From Hyphochytrium catenoides (lineage: Eukaryota > Protista > Hyphochytriomycota): a stretch of DNA of 64,000 bases. Under the pieces are notes generated by a model, which saw nothing but the letters and a program-made list of their open reading frames with translations, searched no databases and had not been told where the DNA came from. A program made the position numbers and the translations under genes. The stretch is from NCBI GenBank assembly GCA_900088475.1, contig FLMG01000135.1, positions 1-64,000 of the forward strand. The letters are read 5' to 3'. This document shows positions 11,401 through 27,700 of the stretch, piece after piece (within the stretch, counting starts at the first letter, position 1; the number at the start of each line of letters is the position of its first letter).

Positions 11401-13647
11401 ATGGCGCAGACATCACCAGCCAAATGACGGCGGCATGCAGTAGCCGTGAGATAGGTATCAGGGGTCTAGAGGGGAGAAAGGGGGATTGTTAGCAAGTCAG
11501 GTACAAAGATTTCTAGCATGCTCTTTTCTCTCATTTGTCCAAACGCTTGGCGCTGAAGTAAAACCTCGACCATTCCTTCTTCCCTATCAGAGGCCCTCTC
11601 CCTCTCTTGTACATGCCTGCCTGAAAGTGTTGACCATAAAATTACGATACTTCATGTACGTGTCCCGGTTTTTTGCGTTGTTTGGTTCACTGAAAAACTC
11701 AGGCAGCATTCTCTCCTCTATCGGGCTGCAGGTTTGCGAGGAAGAAGCGATAGGTCAAGCGATGAACTCAGAGAAACCAAGAGAGGTGAATGGAAAATGG
11801 GGAAAAGTAGGAGTCGAGCCGCACTTATGATAACGAAAAATACGTAGAGAGTGAGAACCAAAAAAGGGGGGAGAATGACGGCTTGTAGTGGCATTTCCTT
11901 CCGTCACCTGATACTGGAGAGAGAGAACCACGCTGAGCAGCTTGGAACAGTGACAATTTTCTTTTTCTTTGCTTCCCCCTCCGTTACTTTGGCGTCTGCT
12001 TTGATGCCTGTCCTCCTTTCCAAGTTGTCAGCCACAAGATTGATATAAGATAAACGCGACCGATCTTTCTCCGCCTTCTCTGTTAGATCTCTTGTCAGCT
12101 CCAGTGCTTCTGCCGACTTCTCCAAATCCACATCCTCAAAGGTTCCATTTGACTGGAGAGAAGTGATATCCCCTAGTAGGGAGATGTCTGCCTTGTCTTC
12201 AAAAGCATTTGAAAGAAATTCGTCTTCCTCAAATTCTGGGGCTTCGTCATCTTCTTCATCTTCTTCCTCACGTTCTCCGGTAGCTGCTACTGGCCCCATC
12301 CGCGACCGCTTTATATCCGAGTCACGACTGTCTGTTCCTTTGTATATGTCCTCTGCTTTTCTCTTGGCAGTACCATCATAGCTCCCTCTATCGCCAGAAG
12401 GGACGTAGTCTAAAGGGTTCATCCATTCATTGTATCGTTCTAAATCTGCAATGAAGCGGGTCCCTACCGTAAGGGGAGAGGGAACAGGTGGCGCCGCAAC
12501 CTCAGCCATGACTGTTTGTGCTTCATCTTCACCAATCCATTCGTCAAAGCTGTCGGGGTAGCCAACCCAATGTACCCTTATAACAGAGGAAGAAGAAGGG
12601 TGACGTTGTACAATTCTTCCAGGCTTCTTTCCTCCAGCTTGAGACGAAGAGAAGGATGAAGAGAGAACTTTGTCCGCAATCGTGGGAGTGTCCTCCACGA
12701 TATACTGCGGGTTGTCCGCTAGAGCATCGACTATCTCTCCACCATGGCGCCGGACGATCTCCTCCAGACTGTCTCTTAGATCCTCTCCCACCGAATTCCC
12801 AACCAGTACCGTGGGAGTCTGTCAGTGGAAAGAAAGGTGAGATGATCTTGAAGGAAGAGAGCGCGGAAATGGACCGAAGGAGGCAATTTGAAAGAAGACG
12901 AGGTAATCTAACTATACTCTTCGACTAAGAGAGTGACGATACGAAGAAGAGAGGTATATGATGACCTGTAGAGTGCCGGACTCCCTAAGCGCGCGGTTGA
13001 TCGAGAGGCAGATATCTAGATTATCCTCGAGAGCACTGTCATTGGTGAAATTCACACCCTTCCAACCTTGATCGAGCTATTGATAGACAAGTAACCACAT
13101 TAGTCGTCCCTTCCTCTACTGTCGTTATCGATTGTGACTATGGCTTCAACTTGACAAGGTATCACCCGTCATGGACCCTCTCATCTCCCGTCACCGGGGA
13201 TAGAAAACTCCTGGATGCACTCATGCTATTTAAAACTTATCCCCATCTCGTACCTGGTAGCGGAAGACCTCTAGCAGTATTTGGTATACAGAGCCACCAG
13301 CAGAAAGGTCTCTGAATAGCGAAGCCGACAGGTTGGTCATCTGTCTCCTTTCCCCCCTCTGTCCTCGAATTGTGCGACATAGAAAATGCTGGAGACTGAG
13401 AAGCATATTTGCTGCGTACTCCACGCCTATGCGTTATACAAGGAGGGAGAAGAGAACAAGTGAGTACGCGCAGGGATAAACACTGCTAGGTAGACAAAGA
13501 ATAGAAGCTGCAATAGACGACGATAGGCATACCATTGGCGGAGCCTTTGAAGGGATCTTCGCCGAGGTCTTGCTTCACTTGTTCCAATATGGCACCAAGT
13601 TCCGTCTCCTTCCCAGAATATTCGAGGGGGAGACTACCTCCTGACAT
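8413..13647 (-). CDS. SWI3: SWI/SNF complex subunit SWI3/SMARCC (MarR-like, BRCT, chromo, SWIRM, ZZ, SANT, coiled coil)
   Basis: SWIRM ([41 protein letters not shown]), ZZ finger cysteines, SANT ([39 protein letters not shown]), [27 protein letters not shown] and chromo-like [14 protein letters not shown]. 3' end approximate. Confidence 0.93.
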
Positions 13648-14372
13648 GTTAGCGCAGACGGGGTCACCTTGCCTCTATCCTTCTGCTCTTTGTATCTGCC
13701 GGCAGCTCCTTTGGACAGAAGCAGCAAGCTTCCCCCTTCCGCTCTAAGTAAGGCAATCTAGGAACGTGCAGCCCGGGGGAGCAGAGAAGTAGTGGTCCCA
13801 AACCTGGCGGCAGAACCGCACTAATAGTAAACTAAGAACTTGAAGAAGCGCCGCAGAGAACAAAGCAGTGCGCTTGGTGGCTCTCCTCTTGCGTCTCACT
13901 CGAAGATCGTACAGCTTTCCCTTCGCAGGTCTCCAGCTCATGAGAACGGTTCCCCTGATGCTTTTGAACTTTTGACTTTTGCTGTTGTGTTTGTGGGCAG
14001 TGGATCCTCATCTCCTCCAACACCAGCTGTAGACAGTTGTACACCATCGCCAATATCGAACAACGCATTCCCCGAGATACATCACCAACCTCAAAGCTAT
14101 TTTTCCACAATAGCGTGTTGGTATTACAGCAAAAGGAGACACATCGCCAGGTGGATAACAACTACGAACAGAGCTCAAAAGATAGATGGTGTGCTGTGTC
14201 ATGTCTTCTGACGGTCAGAAGCAGCACCCAGAGCCTTCCTCGCCCGCCTTCCAAGAGTCATTCCCTTTCTCTCACTGACACGAATCATTCCCAGCTTTGA
14301 CGCTCAAGTCCCGAGGCAGCACCGCGGGGCAGGAGCAAGAAGGCTCGGACTTTGCCGCAGTGATAGGCAGTG

Positions 14373-16831
14373 ATGTCCAACAATCCTTACCAGCAAGGGC
14401 AAGGGCACAGTGGGGCATATCCGCCTTATCAAGGTCGCCTCACCAGTCTGGTCCCTGGCCAGCCCCTCACAGGAGCACACTCTCATTCAACTAGCCCTGC
14501 AGCGATTCAGCAGCATCCCTTTGGCTCCCCTTATATTACTCCTTTCCAACCTCTCGGTCAACCTGGAACCTCTCCTCTCCTTACCCACTACCCTTACTTT
14601 CAACCATCCGGTCAGGGAGGGCAACCCCAACATAGTGCCACATCTACTTCCCAATCGTACCACCATCCCCAACACCCTTTTTACTCCCTACCACCCCCTC
14701 CTCATCCTCGCTTTGTTCCTGGTACTTATCGTTCTTCTCATCATCCTCCGCTCCCTTTTGCCTCCCCTACTTCCGGAGTTTGTCTTCCTCTTTCTCCTTC
14801 GGCCAGTGTGCAGCCTCAACAGCTGCCGGCACCTCCTCGTCCAAGGGATCCTGACGATGAATGGCTCGTTTCTTTTGCCGCCGAACATGCAAAGAACCTC
14901 TCTACCTCTGCTGAACTGAACAACAAAGCTAGATGGACCAAGAGGTGGAAGTTAGCAGAATAATAGTCCTATCTGCGTCCCACTCGTTCACTCTAGGCTT
15001 CCCTAGATGCTCCTTTTCAATACATCTTCCCCTTCGTTGAGTAAGTCACTGTCGCTTTGGTGGTTGTCTAACATTACCTTCAGGGAGGTCGCTTGTCGGT
15101 TGCGAGAAATGCATTATCAGACAGAGGAGCTCCGGCGTCTCTGTCACAAGATTCGGCAAGTGTTGGATGGAGACACAGAAGATGGAACATCTAGCAAGGA
15201 AGATATCGCACGCTTAGTAAATAGATGCAGAGCATGCAAGCTACGACTTAACAAGCTAAAGTGCGTAAGCTGTAAGAAGACGGAGATTAGACGCATGCAC
15301 CGGGAGTGGATAAAATGACAAACGAGAGGCTGGGGAAAGGCACAATGGCGGTGATGAAACTGGATTGCTGCTTGTAGGTGGTAAAAGGTGTAGGTGAAGG
15401 GCGAGTCAGACAGAACAATTGGCAGAGGGCTAACAGTGCAAAGTGCAGGTCCGATTTCGATGACGAGGAAGCGTGTCGACACTTCCGTTCCATGGTTCTG
15501 CAGAAGCAGAAGAAGCAGGTCGGTCTCACCAACTAAGATACTCTCGTGCTTGCAAGTGCAAACGAGCTAACCCTCTCCTGTCTTTGTATATGGCGCATTT
15601 GAAGAGATGGAAGAGGAGAAAAGAAAAGAAGGCCAAAGCTGCGGCTTCCATCTTGGCGCTGAAAGTAGCCAAGTAAGCTTAATTTTTTCGGGTTCACAAA
15701 ACGGCAGAGCTGATGAACTGAAATAGCTGTTCCGCTTTGATGGTATTGATGTGTCTACGCCGAAAGAGAGAGTTCCCAGTGGCTTGCCAAAAAGCTGGTT
15801 GAAGACTCCGAGCAGCGAAAAGAGAGAGAGAGGAGAAAGGTTAGCGTTTTCGCATGCCAAACATCCTATTTCTCCTTGATCTTGAGCTTCCGTTTAACTA
15901 GAGGCAAGAGGAGGAGAAAGAGAAACGTCTCCAGTTAGAGAAGAATTATATTGAGCAAGTAAGGGCGGTCGAGAAGCTTCTTTTGATCAGAGAACGTCGA
16001 GAGACAAGATTCGCCATAGAGAGAGGTAATTCTTATCTTTGTGAATGATTACCTAAGTGGTACCTCTTCCGCAAGGACCCTTTTTGGGCTCTCTCTAAGG
16101 AGAGAGTTGTTGCCGGCTCTTGTCACTATCGTTACCTATACAGGTGAGATGCATTCAAGAGACCAAGGACTCTTCCAGGAGTTGCAAGAGTACCTCGCGA
16201 GAAGTGAGACGTGGGTGGCAGTCTTTCAAAAGAGGACAGCATCTAAGAGGGAAAGGTATGGAACCAGAGAAGCCAGGGCTCTCATGATGGAAGTCTCATC
16301 AGGGAGGAGGGATGGAAAATTGTTATAGAGCGGTCACATGGAAGATGTCTTGCTACTATTGGTCACGAAGGCACTAACTGTCTTAATACCTGTAGGAAAA
16401 GGCAAGCTGCATGTAAACCTTTATCTTTCTCCGCACCTGACCCCGCGGAATGGTATTTGCTCCCTACAAAGAGCTTGGACCGGCTACTCGAAGTCCGGTA
16501 AGAACATAAACCGACGGAGGGTTAGGAGTTGATCAAGAGAAAATGGAAAAGGCCAAACTCGCGGGCCTAAGCTGATCTTTTTATTTACAGTCGCGCTTGG
16601 GATACTTTTCTAGTCCCGTTAGGGACAAACTTAGGCTCAAGAATACNNNNNNNNNNNNNNNNNNNNNNNNNNNNNNNNNNNNNNNNNNNNNNNNNNNNNN
16701 NNNNNGTTGGACCCAAAGGAATACAGACATGCTCCTCTGACAACCTTTTCTCCCAACAGAACTACCTGGAACCCCCTAATCCAGCTAGTGCGGATTGGGC
16801 GGGGCTTCTATTGTCGACCAAGAAGGAGTGA
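14373..16831 (+). CDS. PDCD7: U11/U12 snRNP 59K protein (PDCD7-like), minor spliceosome
   Basis: Pro/His-rich N-terminus, DDEWL, charged coiled coil, and spliced C-terminus LDRLLEVR-RAWDTFLVP..GSRI[gap]NYLEPPNPASADWA, matching the PDCD7 WD.YL...GS.(I/V)P..WV.PP.PS..WA pattern. Confidence 0.75.
16647..16705. other. Assembly gap (N run)
   Basis: Run of N within the PDCD7-like gene. Confidence 1.
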
Positions 16832-17057
16832 AGAACTAATCTGCATGGCAGCTAAGATTACATTGGAAACAATGTTCTCGTTTTCGCAGACGCCGACTTC
16901 TATGTACTGCCAGAAGAGAGCCAGTTGACGGCCCAGCCCAACAAAGCACTTTCAGTAGAGGACTATGCGATCGATTTGGCTGCTGGCTGCCTCCTCGTCC
17001 TGTAGTCTGTTGGGCCCCAGCAGAGCATGTCAGAATCCGTTCTCGGAAAGGGGAACG

Positions 17058-21588
<4,531 letters not shown>

Positions 21589-22101
21589 TTTGTCCTGAAG
21601 ATAACGAAGGGACAAGGGTAACGGTTTGAATCAAGATTCCAAAGGAAGGCAGCGCAGCTGTTTTATGGAGGAGATAGGCGAAGAGCGCCTATGAGGCCAG
21701 TCGGGTGGCCGAAGACGGAGATCTGCGCCAATCCAAGCGACATCAATCGCCCGACAAGGCTGTCAGCAAGAATCATATCACTGTCTTTGCCCACCAAAAT
21801 TTATCTTCCCTTTTATACTTTACGGAATACCTGACACAACTCTTCAACATGTAGCCGCTAACGCGCCATCGATCACTCTCACTTCTCACTCTGAAAGGGA
21901 TGGTTCTCTATGATAATGTAATTCAGAGCCTTGTCCGCCTGCCAGCTGGCGTAAGAAGTGGAAGCAGGACAGCTAGCTAGGTTGAGGTGGCAGAGCCAAA
22001 CGTTACAAGTGGGAGGGCAAGTGGCAAATATCTACCCCTTGGTCATTACTAGCAGAAAGAAATTAGAGGATACCTCCAGCGACTACTCTCAAAACCTAGA
22101 T

Positions 22102-24063
22102 CTAAGCTTTAATGTCATCCAAGTATGGAGCGAAGCGTAGGTCTCCATAGGTAGCAAGAGAGATCTTTCCTTGCATGAGCTTGCCGATATCGCCCGCTGT
22201 TACACTGTCAACAGTGGCCAGCACTTCTTCTACGGCTGGTCTCTTGCCAGTTGCTAGCACGGAGCGAGAGAGTTGGTCAAAAGCTCCGTCGCGGCAGCCA
22301 GCCCAAGCAGCAATTTCAAACTTCGCCTTGGCCTTTGCAGCACTGAGGGCATCGCCTGAGGGGCTTCCTGCTTTCTTGAGAGTGCTGACAAGGGTGGAGG
22401 CCAAAGAACCAGCATCCTTAGCGGACACGGAGCCTTGAACGCCCAGCAATCCCGTGCCCACGTATTGGAATCGGAAGACGTCGTTTGTGGATGCCTTGGC
22501 AACGAGCTGCTTGAGGACCAAGAGAGCTACGCGATCTGTAATGATAAACGGTGAGAACCCTGACAAGGTATGGACATATAAGTAGCTCCATACCCTTCAC
22601 GCTGTTCACCTCAGCGCCCAGGGCAGCCGCGATGTGAGTCTTGCCGGGAGCTCCGGTACGGCGTACTTCCCCACCTTTATACCTTCAAGACACGAACATA
22701 CAGGGGTAAGGTTGACCACAAACAAGCACAGGGAGACCGACATACGCGAAGGGTCACAAGGTACAGTCAGTTCCTGAAACCGGACTGCGTCAATGACGAA
22801 CTTACGGGCTAGCAGGAGGTTCGCTGGCGCTACCCTGCTGAAGCTCTGCAAAGGCAGACTCAGCCAGGTCGACTAGACGCTCGTGCTCGATGCCGATGCC
22901 TGCAACAGTCACATTTCCGGTCGTGAACTGCTTCTTGTGGAAAGCACGGAGGACCTCATTGTCAATCAAGGAAACATCGCTGTAGTAGTAGCTGTGTCCA
23001 AGGGCGCTGTTGTCCTTATAAGCGGCCTCGTGAATGGCTTCTTGAAGAAGGCGAGCAGGATTGGCTGTGACCTCCTCCAGCACGCTAGGGATGGTGAACT
23101 GAGACGCGTAAATGTAGAGAAAGGCAGGTTAATTGTAGATCACAAAAAAGTTCGTAAGAACCATATCTATACCTGCTTAGCTTCATGGACCTCATAATGA
23201 GGTAGATATGGGGTGCAGACAGCGCTGCCCACCATGTTCAGAGCTTGCTCTGCATGGTCTGGAAGAACTGTAAGGCTGTAGGTCAACTGCAAAATGTGCT
23301 TAAGTAGAGCCCCCGTCATACCATATAACTAACGGACAACTTACTCTGTCGCGGTCACCGCTGCACTGAGGGGTGGCTCCGATCAACTCCAAGTCGCTGT
23401 GAAGATTGCGTAAATTTATAGAGTCCAGCAGCCGAAGCGCTAACCCGCACTTACCGGAACACACGAATATCTGACTTCGAGGTAGTCGATTTAAACGCCA
23501 GCTTCTCAAGAAAGAGTGCTGAACCTGGCACTGTTGCCGCACATTCAGGAACCCCATGTGTTACACATCGTTAAACCTTCTTACCAGTCTCATAGCGACT
23601 TCCAGCCTTCACAGCCACTCCCACCTTGACAGCCTGTACACGGCGTAAGGTCCTTGTTGGCATATTCTCACTCAGCAAGTAGAGCTTACCGAGCCGTATC
23701 CGGTGTCGGATGCCACCTTCACTCCATTTGACAGTGTGCTAACCTTGGTCTCAGACTTTCTTCGGGGCGTTGGGTTAGTGTGGGGTACGCTATATGAAGA
23801 AGGCCGCACCAACGGGTTTTCGGGGGTCAGAGATCTTCCTTAATGGGCTAGACTGATCCGAATATACATACTAGTCAGGTACATGCTTGTCAATCGCGAC
23901 CTGCGTCGACTTTGCAGCTCCGATGCCAAAGAAGCCCCTCTTAGGCACGCTAGACAGCTGAGAATACAAATACGGAGTCAATCTCGGAAATGATGACCTC
24001 TACTCATGTCTGTCAGCCTATGCCTACCATGCGCGGCGCACGAGAGCACTGGCCAGAGATCAT
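22102..24063 (-). CDS. Mitochondrial M16 peptidase family non-catalytic subunit (MPP alpha / cytochrome bc1 core protein 2)
   Basis: Presequence-like N-terminus, KVSTLSNGVKVAS, VKAGSRYE, GSALFLEKLAFKST (no HXXEH), LLQEAIHEAAY..ALG, GIEHERLVDLAE, VDSVTAGDI..LATYGDL..PY. Confidence 0.88.
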
Positions 24064-24778
24064 GTTTCCGCTATAACTAGACCGCTACTCTTCTGCTACC
24101 ATAAAGCGATTTTACGGTGAGCGCGGAATCAGAGCCTTCCTCTGGCAACAAAGAATATGATCTCTTCCGTACCTTCAACAGTCCCGTGCCGTCAAAGCCT
24201 TGTAATGGCATGCAGCTATGAGTATGCGTCTCAACGCGACAGATGACTGGAGTCAATTACTGCTGCCTTGGCATGTGCGAAAGTCAATAAAATCTACCGA
24301 GTACGCACATCAAAACATCCACACAAAGTTTGTTCATCGTAGCGTTCGCACCAGCCGACGCTTTTAGGCAGGCTGCCATAGAGCCCAACCTTCCCATCTC
24401 TCCCCTGGTGAGTGCTAGACATCTCCCCAATAAGGGCGCTAGCAGCTAGATTCTGGGCAGAGGCTGGGGGGTGAAGCTGCTGAAACAGTGACATGTTTTA
24501 CGGTGGGAGCCTCTATTGACTGATAACACACTTGGAATGGTAGGCCCCAGGAAGACTAGTATTTTCGCCGTGTTGACAGGAGGCGCAACCATTGAAAGGT
24601 ATGTTAGCGCGAATCAACAACCAACATAATCTTGTAAACGGTAACTACAGAGTGATTATCATGCAGAAAAGCTGCATCTGCAGATTGCCAGGGATTATGG
24701 GAAGAGTCAGGAAATTGAATAGGAACAATAAGGCCTGGTTAGGAACTGGCTCAAACTAAGAATGGCCGCTCCTTTGCC

Positions 24779-27700
24779 CTATCGCGGCAAGTAAGTTTGA
24801 ACCGCGTTGTCTAAACTAATGTTCTTTAAAAAGCGGCCAGAGACATAAGCTTCATCTGTTAACAAATGACGGACAGACCGGCAACCGTTACGTTGACCCT
24901 CCATAGCTCCTGCAAGTAATTTTCTATGATGACGTATGATTAGATGATTATTAGTCAGCATTTCTTACTTTCCACGCCTTTGTGAGCGCCGTAATGTGTC
25001 AAGTGGTACGGTCACCAGCTCTTGGACCTTGCGACGCTTTCGGCTGCTGCTCTGGCTACCCAGAGCGTTCGGACCAGATAGCTTCATGGAAGAAGCCTGG
25101 CTTGAATGGCTAGCCTCGTCCACCAGCTCATTCTCACCGGTTGAGCTCCAGACTGACAGGTCCTTGACAAACGAATCGGTGGTCGTCTGGCTCAAGGTTG
25201 GTGCCAACCCCTCGTCCCTTATGGACACCGCATTTCCATCTTCTTCATTGGGGAGGGAAGCCCTGGGGCTAAAGGCCCGATCTTTGAAATGCTTGGTAGG
25301 ATCCGCAAACCTCCACTTAGTCTTCTGCAGAGCAAGGAACTCCCATTCCCCGTCATGGTAGCTACAAAAAGGAGAGCCTGAGTCACACTTTGTACACTAG
25401 CCATAATAGTGGTTGCTACATACATGATCTGATGCTCCATCGACTTGTCGTGGTAGGCAATAATCTCTCCCTCGTACCACTGATCATCTTCCGGCCAATA
25501 GACGCTGAGTATCCGACCAACAAGTGATCTGGGGGTAGTACGAAGGATCTCCTCCTGGTAGCTCTTCTCCTCGTTGCTCTCTGCCCCAATTGATGGTGAG
25601 CCTCCAAGGGACGGCTTGGAAGACCGCCTTCGCTTGCGGGTAGGCGCAGATGTGGTCTTGTCAGAGGTAGAAGTCGAATAGAATAGAATCCTCATCTGGC
25701 TATCGAAGAGCCGGTTAAGCTTGTCAGCATCTCTGCAGATCTACACAGAACCATTTAGAACGCTAATGGGATTAGGGAGATGGAAGGAATCACACACTAC
25801 CTCGGACTGAGGAGCATTGAAGAGCTTGGCGTTAGCTGTCATGAGCTTGAAGTCTGACTCCAGCTGATCGACGTCTTCATATACGAAGCTCTGGGCTCTT
25901 GCATAGATAGTGTTGAAGTCCAGCGGATGCTTCACGATCGTGTAATACGATGAATATTTGACAGGGTCTGGAAGCTCCTCAAAGGCTTCAATAAGGAAAT
26001 ATTCCTGCTTCTAGAAGACGGTTCATAAGTGCGGAAATAAATTTAGGCCGGAGAGGACGATTTCAACAGCCTATCGACGGGTCTTTAGCAGACCCCAGAG
26101 AAAACAACACTAGAATGCATGCAAGGAAGACCTTTACAGACAAGGACAACAACAAATGATGTGTCAGTCTTTACTCTCTGACATGGAGAAGCAAGTGAGT
26201 GGATGTATCAGAGCGTACAGAGAGAACTGACAAGGATAATATACGGTGAACAAACTATGCACTATACACTGCAAGTGAGTGCTACTCACATCGTGCTTCA
26301 CCCTCTCCGTTCTGATGGCATTGAGAAGGTGAGACACCTTTCTATCAAAGTCCACAAGCGAAGGCTTCCTTGCGCGCATGAGACTGCACATCAAGTCAAG
26401 TAATCACGTTACCTCAACGCTTGTCTGAGTCTCTCTATAGCAGATGTGATGATGTTACCTTTGCTGTCGTCTATAGCGGACATCTCGCACAAAGAGCTGC
26501 ATGTAGACCAAGTTACGTGTAAGAGAAGATAAGAATGGCAACAATAATCAACGACCCACCTCTAAGGGCAGGCATCGATTTATCAGGCAATCGAAATGCA
26601 GTCGGGGCAGATCCCTGGCTCGCTTGAACGGAAGTTTGTTGGGAAGAGCCACAGGGGCAACTGTCTGACCTTTTGCTTTACTCTCTGCAATGGAACATGT
26701 CAACCGTGCCACCATAATAAGAGAACGTGTTTAAATAGAGCGAACCTCTCAAAACTTTGCCCATTGGTTCTCCAATAGACCGATCATGAACTTCCTCGGC
26801 CTTGTTCAGACCTCTTCGAGTTCGCTGGTGCAGGTGCGCGACTTCACCAGAGGAATCTAGTAGCTTTGAATGGAACTTGATCTTTGGGGTGTTCAGAGGC
26901 ACCACCCGCTTACTGCCGTGAATGGGCTCCAGACCAGACAGCTTCTCCACACCGCCAAGTCTTCTAGATCGCCTTTGCCAAGCCTCGCCTGGAGATTTTA
27001 GCGTCTCGTTGTTGACATCGATAGTAAGAAGGTTAGCAACCTGGTCCTCAAAGGTCTCTCGAGGCTCATCTTTTCCCATGGTGTCTAACAGTGCGCCCTT
27101 CCCAGCAAAATCATGAACGCAGTAGCGCATTAGTTCTGACTTATGCTGCTGAAGGTAGTTGACGACAACATAGTCAAATAATGACTCTTCGGCACGTAGG
27201 GCAAGTTTTTTTTTCTTCTCTCGAGCGTGGACCAGGTCGCAAAGAAGTCTTGTCCGGTCTAGACTCATTCTGAGCTTCAGCACAGACTTCAGAATCTCTG
27301 CAGGCTGTTCCCATTCTTTAGTCTCAGAGTTGAGAGTCCACCCAGGAGGTGCATGATCCGTGCAATAGTGTCGTCGACTCCCGTCATCCTCAAGCACTGT
27401 AAGGCAGTTCTGTATGCGCCCACAAAGTGGATGAAACGTGCGTCGACAGCTCTGCTCCCCGCATTCTACGCAAGATCCCTAGTAAAGAATATTTACTAAT
27501 CTGTTGGGGTCAAGAGTTTACTAGAACACCTGCTCACCTTTTTCCTGGAGCACAGATAGCAAAGCTTCCGGTCTGGTGATACATTGTGCACATCCACGGG
27601 TCCTTTTTTAAACGGGTCAAAGGTACATCCGTTGATATTGTTCGCACAAAAAAGATGCACCCACTTCGTCTTCATGATATCCGTTGTCTGCTTATATGCT

